From an uncultured Candidatus Saccharibacteria bacterium (GTDB taxonomy: Bacteria; Patescibacteriota; Minisyncoccia; Phycocordibacterales; Phycocordibacteraceae): a DNA stretch of 64,000 bases. The notes beneath the pieces are model-generated. The model ran no database searches, had not been told where the DNA came from, and saw only the letters and a program-made list of their open reading frames with translations. This document shows, in pieces, positions 21,647 to 32,300 of this stretch; position 1 is the stretch's first letter, and each line of letters starts with the position of its first letter. The translations under genes were made by a program, and so were the position numbers. Where the stretch lies: the NCBI GenBank assembly GCA_964507275.1, contig CAZDPG010000001.1, positions 20,958 through 84,957 on the forward strand, read 5' to 3'.

Positions 21647-21733
21647 TGATCGAGCATTCTTGTTTTAGTACGATAGCAAAACTGCGAATATGCTAGATAA
21701 ACACGCAATCTGTCAGGTTTTTGCTTTTGAAGC

Positions 21734-21770
21734 ACTATGAGTGTATGATAATATCATACTAAATCATAGT
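21734..21770. promoter_or_regulatory. Nested inverted repeats, likely antitoxin operator
   Basis: gtatgata-a-tatcatac (21743-21759) flanked by actatga/tcatagt, directly upstream of the RHH antitoxin. Confidence 0.6.
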
Positions 21771-21776
21771 ACTTAT

Positions 21777-21986
21777 ATGTCTACTCTCTCTGTTCCACTT
21801 ACTCCCAAGCTTGAAGAGTTTATCAATCAGCAAGTGAAGAGCGGCCGCGCCGCCAACAAGGCTGATGTTGTCCGTCGTGCTCTCATCGCGATGACAGAAG
21901 AAGAGGCTGTTCAGGAGGTGCTTAACGCATCACGGGAACCCCTCATGCGAGGAGATCTTCAAGAGTTGATGAAGAAGCTCCGATAA
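21777..21986 (+). CDS. Ribbon-helix-helix antitoxin (ParD/CopG-like)
   Basis: TLSVPLT..LEEFI..QVKSG...NKADVVRRAL; precedes a toxin gene. Confidence 0.8.
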   Translation: MSTLSVPLTPKLEEFINQQVKSGRAANKADVVRRALIAMTEEEAVQEVLNASREPLMRGDLQELMKKLR

Positions 21987-22003
21987 GCACGAGAACCAAA
22001 GTC

Positions 22004-22264
22004 ATGCTCACTATCTCCTTCAAACCCTCGTTTCTTAGAAAAATGAACCGGCTTGATGCTGACCTTCGAGAAGAGGCTATAGAGAAAATAAATCTTCTCA
22101 AAGACATCAAGAATCATCGGCTTCTAAGGGTTCATAAATTGCACGGACCGCTTTCGGACTGGTTCAGTTTCTCGGTCAATTATAAAGCGCGAATTGTATT
22201 TGAATATGTTTCTAAAACAGAGGTCGCCCTCCTCTCTATCGGCGATCACGATGTGTATAACTGA
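22004..22264 (+). CDS. RelE/YafQ-superfamily toxin
   Basis: LRVHKLHG, FSVNYKARIVF, IGDHDVY. Confidence 0.85.
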   Translation: MLTISFKPSFLRKMNRLDADLREEAIEKINLLKDIKNHRLLRVHKLHGPLSDWFSFSVNYKARIVFEYVSKTEVALLSIGDHDVYN

Positions 22265-22328
22265 AAACGTATTGTCAGTAACTGCCTTGAAACCTAAGCG
22301 AGAAGGTGTATATTAGAAATCTAACCTC

Positions 22329-22365
22329 ACCGCTTCTGTCTTTGGGCAGGGGCGGTCTTGTTTTT
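22329..22365 (+). terminator. Intrinsic terminator after the TA operon
   Basis: accgcttctgtc-tttg-ggcaggggcggt followed by cttgttttt. Confidence 0.7.
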
Positions 22366-22420
22366 GAAGCGTTCTTGCGGGCTAGTTATTTTTGTTTTCT
22401 AGTGTAGAATGATTAGCATC

Positions 22421-23398
22421 ATGGCATTCACTGATGAAGCGAAGATATATGCCGAATCCGGAAAGGGTGGCGATGGCGTCATCCGTTGGTTGCGTACCAA
22501 AGAGTCTGCGCGTGGCGGTCCTTCCGGTGGTGATGGCGGTCGTGGTGGTGACGTCGTGCTCGTTGGCGTGCGCGATCTCGCGGCACTTGGGAACTATCGA
22601 TACGAGAAGAAATTTCATGCGGAAAACGGTGAGGCCGGGAAGGGGGAACTGAAGCACGGACTGAACGGCGAGGACATTCTTCTGAAGGTGCCGGTTGGTA
22701 CCCAAGTACGCGTCGTGGAGACAGGCGATGAATACGAGATTACGAAGGAAGACGAGCGTATTGTGCTCTTTCGTGGCGGTAAGGGAGGTCTCGGCAACGC
22801 GAGATTCAAGAGCTCGACGAACCAGAATCCATTCCAGCAGACGCTCGGAAGGAAAGGGAAGGGAGGAGAGATAGAGCTCACGCTCAAGATAATTGCAGAC
22901 GCAGGGCTCATTGGTCTGCCGAATGCCGGGAAGTCGTCGCTCTTGAACTCGCTCACGCGGGCGAAGTCAAAGGTGGGGGATTACCCCTTCACGACGCTCG
23001 GTCCGAATCTTGGCGATTTTTACGGCTACATTCTCGCCGATATCCCAGGGCTCATCGAGGGCGCCTCGTCCGGGCGAGGTCTCGGAATAAAATTCCTTAA
23101 GCACGTAGAACGTACAGGTATTTTGCTTCATCTCGTCTCGGCTAGCACAGATGACGTCGTCGCAGCGTATAGGGAAGTGCATACCGAGACGGAGTCCTTC
23201 GGGCACGATCTTTCTCTGAAGCGGGAGATAGTTGTCCTCTCTAAGACCGATCTCGTTTCGTCTGAGGAGTGTGCCGAAAAGATGAAGGTTTTGGTGAAAG
23301 AGACCGGCAAAGAAGTGCTCTCTGTTTCCATAATAGACGACAATTCACTCAAGCAGTTCTCCGATCGTCTCACGGCTATCTTCTCCGAGAAAAAATGA
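22421..23398 (+). CDS. obgE: GTPase Obg
   Basis: Gly-rich Obg fold, GLPNAGKSS, YPFTTL, DIPG, SKTD. Confidence 0.95.
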   Translation: MAFTDEAKIYAESGKGGDGVIRWLRTKESARGGPSGGDGGRGGDVVLVGVRDLAALGNYRYEKKFHAENGEAGKGELKHGLNGEDILLKVPVGTQVRVVETGDEYEITKEDERIVLFRGGKGGLGNARFKSSTNQNPFQQTLGRKGKGGEIELTLKIIADAGLIGLPNAGKSSLLNSLTRAKSKVGDYPFTTLGPNLGDFYGYILADIPGLIEGASSGRGLGIKFLKHVERTGILLHLVSASTDDVVAAYREVHTETESFGHDLSLKREIVVLSKTDLVSSEECAEKMKVLVKETGKEVLSVSIIDDNSLKQFSDRLTAIFSEKK

Positions 23399-23455
23399 TT
23401 GCAGAGGGAACACTATTCAGTCCCTGGTTTTTGCTATAAGCTGGAAGCATACGAC

Positions 23456-24871
23456 ATGGAATATCGACCGACTATCGGACTTGAAGTGCACGCCGAACTC
23501 TCGACCAGGACGAAGATGTTCTGCGATTCTGCAAACGACCCGGATGAGACACGTCCGAACGTGAACATCTGTCCGGTGTGTATGGCACACCCAGGGACAT
23601 TGCCGGTTATCAATCGCGAAGCGGTCAGACATATCGTGCGCATCGGTACTGCAATCGGCGGTACGATTGCCGACGAGACACTGTTCGATCGCAAGAGTTA
23701 TTTCTATCCGGACATCCCGAAGGGATATCAGATCAGTCAGTACGAGCACCCACTCGTTTCCGGAGGGTCGCTTGCTGGCGTCGCGGTCACTCGCGTACAT
23801 CTCGAGGAAGATACTGCGCGTTCAACGCACTCGGGTGGGAAGAGTCTTGTCGATTTCAATCGTGCAGGTATTCCTCTTATGGAGCTCGTGACCGAGCCAG
23901 TCATCCGCGATGCGGAGACTGCTGGACGCTTCGCACGTGAATTGCAGCTTCTCTTGCGTACGCTCAGAGCAGGTGAAGCGAATCTTGAAAAAGGTGAAAT
24001 GCGCATCGAAGCCAATATTTCTGTTTCGAGTGAAGAGGGAGTATTTGGTACGAAGGTGGAAGTGAAGAATCTGAACTCATTCCGTTCTGTCGAGCGAGCA
24101 ATTGCATTCGAAGTGGCGCGTCAGACGGCGCTCATCGAAAGCGGCGGCAAGGTGGTGCAGGAGACTCGCGGGTGGGACGAATCGAAGCAAACTACCTTCC
24201 ATCAGCGCTTCAAAGAGGGGAGTGCCGACTACCGCTATTTCCCTGAGCCAGATCTACCGAAACTGTTTCTTTCAGAGATCCCGGAATTCTCTTCCGAAGC
24301 GCTTCGTGCGTCGATGCCAGAGCTCCCATGGGAACGCCGTGCACGCTATGTACGAGAGTATGCTCTCAAGGAGAGCGATGTCATGTATCTCTGCGCTACA
24401 AAAGAGCGAGCAGATTTCTTTGATGCGATTGCGGCAACTCTCGGAGGCGATACGGCACTCATCGCTCTTGCTGCGAACTACGTTGTCTCTGACCTCGCTG
24501 GTGTGTATGCAAAGAAAGGGAGTGAAGACTACTCATCGCTCGATGCACTTTCTTTTGCGAAGCTCATTCGACTCGCGAATAGTGGTGATCTTTCATCTCG
24601 TGGAGCGAAGGACACGCTCGTCATTATGGTTGAGCAGGGAGGAGATCCTGAAGCCATAGCGAAAGAGCACGGGCTCGTGCAGGTACACGATACGAGTGTC
24701 CTCAAAGAATCTATCAGGAATGTGCTTACGGAAGAGAAGAAAGCCGTGGAGGAATATCGTTCTGGGAAAGACGCTGCGCTACAGTACCTCATAGGCAAGA
24801 GTATGAAGGCAACTCGCGGGGCAGGGAATCCGGCACTTCTCAAGGAGCTTATCGTCGAAGAGCTTCGCTAA
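23456..24871 (+). CDS. gatB: Asp/Glu-tRNA amidotransferase subunit B
   Basis: IGLEVHAEL, FDRKSYFYPD, HLEED, DFNRAG.PLME, YRYFPEPDLP. Confidence 0.97.
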   Translation: MEYRPTIGLEVHAELSTRTKMFCDSANDPDETRPNVNICPVCMAHPGTLPVINREAVRHIVRIGTAIGGTIADETLFDRKSYFYPDIPKGYQISQYEHPLVSGGSLAGVAVTRVHLEEDTARSTHSGGKSLVDFNRAGIPLMELVTEPVIRDAETAGRFARELQLLLRTLRAGEANLEKGEMRIEANISVSSEEGVFGTKVEVKNLNSFRSVERAIAFEVARQTALIESGGKVVQETRGWDESKQTTFHQRFKEGSADYRYFPEPDLPKLFLSEIPEFSSEALRASMPELPWERRARYVREYALKESDVMYLCATKERADFFDAIAATLGGDTALIALAANYVVSDLAGVYAKKGSEDYSSLDALSFAKLIRLANSGDLSSRGAKDTLVIMVEQGGDPEAIAKEHGLVQVHDTSVLKESIRNVLTEEKKAVEEYRSGKDAALQYLIGKSMKATRGAGNPALLKELIVEELR

Positions 24872-24882
24872 TCTCCCTTGCT

Positions 24883-24926
24883 GAGGAAATAACCCACAGA
24901 GCACCCGCTCTGTGGGTTATTTCCTC
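24883..24926. terminator. Long hairpin after gatB
   Basis: gaggaaataacccacagagc...gctctgtgggttatttcctc. Confidence 0.75.
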
Positions 24927-24990
24927 TTTATTTTACAGGGTTGTGTATAAGCTCTTCTCTACAAGCCGAGATATGGCTATAATGCAATAC

Positions 24991-25785
24991 ATGGATGAGA
25001 TTCTTATAGAAGAGAAGAAGTATGTATCGTCGAAGCAAGCCGCAAAAATGACCGGGTATGCTAAGGATTATATCGGCCAGCTCTGTCGAGAAGGACGTGT
25101 CCCGGCGCGGCTCGTTGGGCGTAGTTGGTATGTCCTCGAGTCGGCAATTCAGGATCACCGCTTCGGGAATCAAGAAGCAGAAATGCATTCTGTGCAGCCA
25201 TCCTCAGCCACTTCTTTGACTCAGACGTGGGAGTCGACGCGATATGAGTCGTCTAATACAGAGACACTCCCGTCTCTAAACCTCCTACAAAAGGCAGAAA
25301 TGGCCTCTGAAGCTGAAAAAGAAGAAGAACACGATGCTGTGCAGCTCTCACAGCTCCATGACTCGTGGAGGGCGTGGTTTGATCATGTTGAGGATGCTTC
25401 TGCGCCAATCGAGGAATCCGTTCAGGCCCCTGTTTTAACCGCTGCAATAGGAGAGAAAGAAGAAAAGAGCGTTGAAAGAACGGGAGAAGAAGTAACCGTA
25501 CCGCTTCATATTGTCGCCGAGAAGCGCTCTCTTAGAGAAGTTCTACCAATAGAGAAGGTAAAGGTAGTGGAGAAGAAGGAAGAGGTTATAGTGCAGGTAA
25601 ATCACGAAGATCGTGAAGAGATCCGTAGAGGAGTCAGTATTTCGAGTCTTGTACATGCTTTCGTTGTGCTTATTGCCGTGATTTCTGGATCGCTTGCAGC
25701 AGCAGGAAGTGGGTATTTCGATTCCTTTTTCATATCGAATAGCCAAGCAGCAGTTATATCAGGAATCTCAGTGGTAAATAAATAG
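24991..25785 (+). CDS. Excisionase-like HTH protein with C-terminal membrane anchor
   Basis: YVSSKQAAKMTGYAKDYIGQLCREGRV...VGRSWYV; hydrophobic C-terminus; TATAAT at 24978. Confidence 0.8.
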   Translation: MDEILIEEKKYVSSKQAAKMTGYAKDYIGQLCREGRVPARLVGRSWYVLESAIQDHRFGNQEAEMHSVQPSSATSLTQTWESTRYESSNTETLPSLNLLQKAEMASEAEKEEEHDAVQLSQLHDSWRAWFDHVEDASAPIEESVQAPVLTAAIGEKEEKSVERTGEEVTVPLHIVAEKRSLREVLPIEKVKVVEKKEEVIVQVNHEDREEIRRGVSISSLVHAFVVLIAVISGSLAAAGSGYFDSFFISNSQAAVISGISVVNK

Positions 25786-25970
25786 CGTATATATTCGATT
25801 TCTTGTCTCGGATATCCGAGCTAATGATATAGAGATAAAAACTGATTACAGAGAACACTATCGCAAGATAAGGTATACATTTATATAGCTTGGTTGCTAC
25901 AAGGGTCCTCATAAGAGTCCCTCGCATAGATCGATACTCATCCATGAGCATGGGAAGAATAGATTTACCT

Positions 25971-26041
25971 GTGATAAATAAGATTTATCACATATATGAG
26001 CATCAGACGGCTATACATACTTATATATAGGTATGTATAGC
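25971..26041. promoter_or_regulatory. Operator-like palindromes in an AT-rich 610-bp intergenic region
   Basis: gtgataaat-aag-atttatcac (25971-25991); gctatacatac-N10-gtatgtatagc (26010-26041). Confidence 0.5.
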
Positions 26042-26396
26042 TAGGCATCTGGTATACGGAATAAGTATATGTATCCTATGTAGTTCGTATATCCGGAGCG
26101 ATATACATGCGTGCTTCTGCATATATAGTAAAGTTCGTTTTTGCACGATATTTTTTGCATCGAATGGATGAAGATCATGATTTTAACACCGATGATCTTT
26201 CTTAATGCGGTTTTAACGGCAAATCCCACATAATTTTCTGCTGTCAGAGGTGATACATTCGGCGAAATTTTTTGCATTTCGTTGTAAATGAAAAATGAGA
26301 TTAGTTGTGCGTCGTGATGTGTGATAATTATCCACACCATTTTCGTAGGGAGTGCCGAAATAGTAAGTTATTATTTAGTTAATTCGGCTATCCGAC

Positions 26397-29300
26397 ATGA
26401 ATCACTCCCTCAAAGAAAATTTAATAACGACGAAGGATGCGAGTGAGCTTTCAGGATACACTTCAGACTATCTTGCGCGTCTTGTTCGATCGGGAGAAAT
26501 ACAGGGAAAGAGAATTGGACATAGTTGGGTCATCAGCAGTGCGTCGCTCGAGACCTTCATGACCAAACAGAAAGGTCGTAAGCTCGATCGAGCGCGTGAG
26601 CTCGCGAGCTCACGCGTGCGCGAATACAATAGGCACAATCAGTTCGTGCAGCGTACGACGCGTGCGTTGACAGAAAAGATTTCAGTACCGAAATTCAGAC
26701 TTGAGGAGATTTCGATTCGCTCACATTCGCTCGCGCTTGGAGTGGCGCTCGTAGTTGTTGCACTAGGTGCTGTTGGCGCAAATGCCGCAGCTCTGCCGCA
26801 AGTCGCGCAACGAGCATCAGCACTCGCCACAGAAATTTCTTCAGGCTTCGTCGACACGTTCGGTGATGTTCCGACACGCATCGCTGTGCGCATGGAAGAG
26901 GCACGCATCGCTGTGCGAGCAGATGCGACACGAAATGCACTTGCGTCTCGTCGCGCAGGATATGTTGCGTCACCAGTTCTCGCATCGATTGATCTCGAAA
27001 CTTTGCGAACAGTACTTGTGAAAGAATATCGCGCACCGCGCGCGACATCTGACATTGCATTCTCGTCGTCGCGCACTGACGCACCGATCCTGACTGTCAC
27101 CGATGTGTACGCATCAGTTGCCGGTGCGTATGAATTCTTCGCGAATCCCTCAAACATCGGCACGACTCTTACCGATGCGTACTTTGCGATCGGTACTGAT
27201 GCGTACGCAGCAGTCGATGCATCATTCTCCGCCTACCGTACTCTCATTGATGCCTCAGGGACACCGATGCTCGCAGCCGCTGCGACGACGCGCGATGCAC
27301 TCGCGCACATGCCGCGTCTTGTCGCTCAAGTGAACTTAGCACTCGGCGAGGCAGTTATAAAAGCGACACATGCGGCAATACGCACTGACGTGATTGCCGC
27401 GCATGGTCTTGCTGCCGCTGCTCCGGAGAGCGCCCGTATCGCCGTCACACTGATGGGTTCTACAGGCGATACTCTCGCTCGCGCCGCAGAGCAAGTGCCT
27501 GCACGCGTCGCCACCGCGTATTTGAACGCGACGGCGGTACCGGCAGTACTCGCTCCTCGACTCGCGCAGGCCGTGTTCAACGCGGAATACTCCATAGCTG
27601 ACCGCTTCGTTTCTGTTACGAACGTCGCAAGCGAGCGCTACTTAGCGCTTGTCGAAGGGACGGGAGATATCGCGTATGAGAGCTCCACGAACGCCCGTTC
27701 GATAGTCCAGTCAGCTTCGCGCACGATTGCTTTCGCTCCTGCTGCTCTTGAGGACGTTACGCTCGGAACGCTTGGCAAGAGTGCCGCAGCCCTCGATTCG
27801 GTGACGCATCTCTCATCATTCGCAGCCGTGCTGCCGGCGCTCTCTGCGAGCGAGAAGACGGCACTCGCGGTCTATGAGGCGATACACTCAGCCTTCGACT
27901 CTGCGAATAGGACGCTCGTCGCATTCTTCACTACTACGCCGGAGACGGTGCTCCCGACCGGCGTGCCGAAGGCGCGCGTCATTGCTGTCGCAACATCGAC
28001 CCGTGCGGTCTCTTCCGGGACGCAGCCGGTAACCACTCTTTCGTATCCGACGTACACGACCGTGGTACGCGGCGTATCGGAAGACTTCGTGAATCAGTCG
28101 CTCGCATCGCTTCGCACGAATGTACTTGCGACGGTCGCGGGCATGATACAGCCGGTCAGCAGCCAGGTCGTCCAGAACATCACGACAATCCAGCAGTTGA
28201 ACCGGATCGACAGTCTGCATGACCTCGTAGTGCAGAATGGCGACTTCCGCAACAGCATATTCGACAATGGCATTAGAGTGAACGCGCGCGATGGCTATTT
28301 CGATAACCTTACTGCTGGTACGACGACGCTCGCTACCACCACGGTCAATGGCACTCTTACGATAAGCTCGCTCACGCTCACAGGCTCCCTCTCGAGTCCG
28401 GGCTCTATCACTGGTAGCTACTTCGTCTCGACGAGCACGAATGCTACCTCGACGTTCGCAGGATCGATCAACATCGATAACGCTGGCTTCGTCTATGCGA
28501 CATCGACACGCAACGTCGGTATCGGCGTGCTCTCTCCCGCTGCGCTCATCGCCGTGCAGAACAGCACGTCGACGCAGCCGATATTCGTGGCAAGCAATGC
28601 CGCCGGAGCGGAAGTATATCGCCTTACGAATGACGGATTCGTCGGTATCGGCACGACATCGCCTACCTACAATCTCGCTGTCGAGGGCTCATCGACGCTT
28701 GGTAATCAAGCGATTGCTGGATACTTCACTGCGACTACGACAACAGCTACCTCGACATTCGCTGGCTCGTTCACCGTCGGTACGGACAAACTGGTCGTCA
28801 ATTCGACGACCGGGAACATCGGTATCGGGACGACGAGTCCGTATCAGAGGCTCTCGGTGGCGGGGAATGTCATCGCGGACACGTTTATCGCCACCTCGAC
28901 CACAGCCACCTCGACATTCGCCGGTGGGTTCGCTGTAGAGACGGACGGTCTAGTCTATGACTACTCGTCAAATAATGTTGGTATCGGGACGGCGTCGCCC
29001 GCGAACGCAAAGTTAGATATTCGTGAAAGTGCTTCTGGGGCGTACGGCATAAAGTTGACGAACAGGAACGCCACTCGGACATGGGGGATTGCTACTGATG
29101 TTGGTGCCGTTAACGACAACAAATTCGGGATATTTGATGTCACGAGCGGAGGAGCTCGGCTGACTATTGATACGAGTGGTTATGTTGGTATCGGCTCGAC
29201 GAGCCCGGCACAGAAACTTGTCGTGAGCGGAAATATCCTTACGGACAACGCTAATAACAATCTTAGTGCGTATAACATAATCAATCGCCCTACGAACGCG

Positions 29301-32300
29301 ACGTATGATGCGGCGAATTGGTATCAAACCGCTGGAGTAAGCAAATGGATTGCTGGGTTGCTAGCAGCATCTTCCGGCGGCACGGCGAATGCGGATGACT
29401 ATTCGATCGCTTACTACAATGGCTCCTGGAATAACGCAGTTACGATTAACAGTTCTGGTCGCGTTGGCATCGGCACCACCAGCCCTTCCGGAACCCTCGC
29501 AGTCGCTGGCGACTTCTTCCTCACCGGTTCCACCACCATTACGGGCGCCGACTCCGGTATCGTCTTCACCGGCTCCGGCAACCACGACATCACCGCCGCC
29601 GGTGGTACGCTCCGCATCGGGACCAATACCATCATCGGCAACATCGAGGCGCTCAACGATACGGTGGATATCGGTACCGCCATTACCCGCTTCGACAAAA
29701 TATACGCAAACGAGGTCAACGCCTCCACTATCGTCGGTACGCTCACAGGCGGCAATCTCAGTGCCGAGACCTTCACCATCAACTCCGACAACGCCACAGC
29801 AGACACGGAGAATGCCTATCTCGTCTTCGAGCGAGGCACGATCACTCCGAACGCGTCCCTCGCCTGGAATGCTGCTGAGGGCGCGAAGCGCTTCGAATTC
29901 AATCATCCGCTGTTCATACAGAACGCTTCTGCCTCGACGACGCTCACCACGCTCGATCTCAAGGCCGTCGCCGGGCAGACTGCCGATATTTTCCGCGTAG
30001 CTTCCTCATCGGCGGATACTCTCTTCAATGTTACGGCCTCTGGCAACGTCGGCATTGGCACCACCTCTCCGTATCAGAAGCTCTCGGTAGTAGGGAATGT
30101 CATCGCAGACACATTCATTGCGACATCGACCACAGCCACTTCGACGTTCGCGGGCGGGTTCGCTGTAGAGACGAGTGGCCTGGTCTACGACTACTCCTCA
30201 AATAACGTCGGTATCGGGACAGCGGGCCCGAGCAAGAAGTTATCAGTAGCCGGAGATGTGCTCATCGGAACTCCAAGTGGCAGCAGTGACGTAAGGTTGC
30301 TGGTAGGTCGCGCGGATGGTGTGGGAGACGGCATCGTAACGGCCACAAACTTCAATGCTGTGACAGTACCAGTATTTCGTGCCAGGTCTGGAACTAGTCC
30401 AACAGGAGATGGAATATATTTATTCTACGGTCAAAATGTAGCCAATACGAAAACATTCAGTGTCGATAATTCAGGAAATGGTTATTTTGCTGGCAACGTC
30501 GGCATTGGCACGACGAGTCCGACCACATTGCTTTCGTTATCGCAAACCACCGGTCCAATCATCACATTAGAAAATAGAAACACCGCCCTCGCTGCGGGTG
30601 AGCAAATCGGCGGGTTGAGCTTCACTGCGAATGATTCGAGTGGTGGTGGTACAGGTGAAATGGCAAAGCTGATTGCCTACACGCAAGCCATATCCAGTGC
30701 ATTTGGGAATCTCGGATTCTATACAAGAGATCGAGTCGGCGTTGACTCTCTGAGTGAGAAGATGACGATTCAGTACAACGGGAATGTCGGCATCGGCACC
30801 ACCTCTCCATATCAGAAACTCTCGGTGGCAGGGAATATCATTGCGGACACATTCATCGCAACATCGACCACGGCGACCTCAACATTTGCCGGTGGGTTCG
30901 CCGTCGAGACGAGCGGTCTGGTCTACGACTACTCGTCAAATAATGTCGGCATCGGGACGGCGGGGCCTGAATCGAAACTCTCTGTTTTACGGTCACCCTC
31001 CGATATATTGGGAGAAACCTCGATAGGATTGAATTACGGCGCGGGAGATCTATGGGGGATGAGACTAGGTTCAACTGATAGCTACGATTTCCATCTTGAT
31101 AGGAAATCTGGTAGCACGTGGCTTCAAGCACTATCCATCGATAGAACATCCGGCAACGTCGGCATTGGCTCTACGAGTCCGATGAGTAAACTGAGCGTGG
31201 TGGGCGAATCAAGAATCACCGGTGTCGATTCCACATTTGGTGCTGATGCGAATGCGAGAACATCTCTGCATATCAATGCAAATACCGGGTCTCTTGCCGA
31301 AGTAGCATATGAATCTGCGGGTTCGTTGAGGTGGAAAGTTGGTAAGAATTCCACAACCGAATCGGGATCGAATGTGGGATCAGATTTCTACTTCAATCGC
31401 AGAAGCGACACAGGGACTGATTTGGGTACAGCGATGTTGATTCAGCGTTCTACGGGCAACGTCGGCATCGGGACCACGAGTCCAGCCAGCAAGCTTAATA
31501 TATATGCTGGAGCATCTGGCGGTGGGGCGAATACAAGCGCCCCACTAACAGTCGAAAGCAATACAACGGCGTTTATCGGACTGCTCACCCCAAATGCTTC
31601 CGCAAGTGGCATTCTTTTCGGAAATGTCTCAAACAATGCCGCTGGCGGGATTCTCTATAACTCAGAAGTCGCGAATGGTCTTTCGTTCCGTGTGAATGGG
31701 AATAGTGTGAAGATGGTTATCAATTCATCTGGAAATGTCGGCATTGGGACGACTACCCCGATTGCTCCGTTGTCTGTTTTATCCGCATCATCTGCCGATC
31801 AGTCCCTAGCTCAATCCTGGAGTTATAACTCTGGTGCCGATTTGTATAATCTCAAACTGAAGCAAATAGTAACCTCAGGGGTTGTAAAGTGGGGTTTTGA
31901 TATACAGAATGCAGGCACTTCGTATTCCGATGTCCTGATACTTGATCGTGGCAATGTCGGTATCGGGACGACAAATCCGCAGAAGATGCTAGACGTATCG
32001 ACATCTACTGACGCCACGCTCCGGCTGACCTCCACCAAGAATGACTCGAGCTGGACCAGTAATACGGATACCGCGGGTGTCCTTGAGTTCTATAAGACCG
32101 ATGCTTCGGGGGGAGGCGCCGATGTCGTAGCAAGCATCAAGCCGATTGTGCAGAATACTGCAGGTAGCGAATGGGATCTCGGCTTCTCAGTCGGGGAGAC
32201 GCTCGCCGAGCAGTTCAGAATAAGCGATGCCGGATATCTTGAGAGTCCAACAACGGCGAAGTTCATCTTCAACGACGTGTCTGGAGGAGTTCTTCAGCTC

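Noticed and set aside
25786-26396. Replication origin or dif site
   Set aside because: AT-rich but with only one perfect DnaA box, no dnaA/dnaN nearby and no dif consensus recognised
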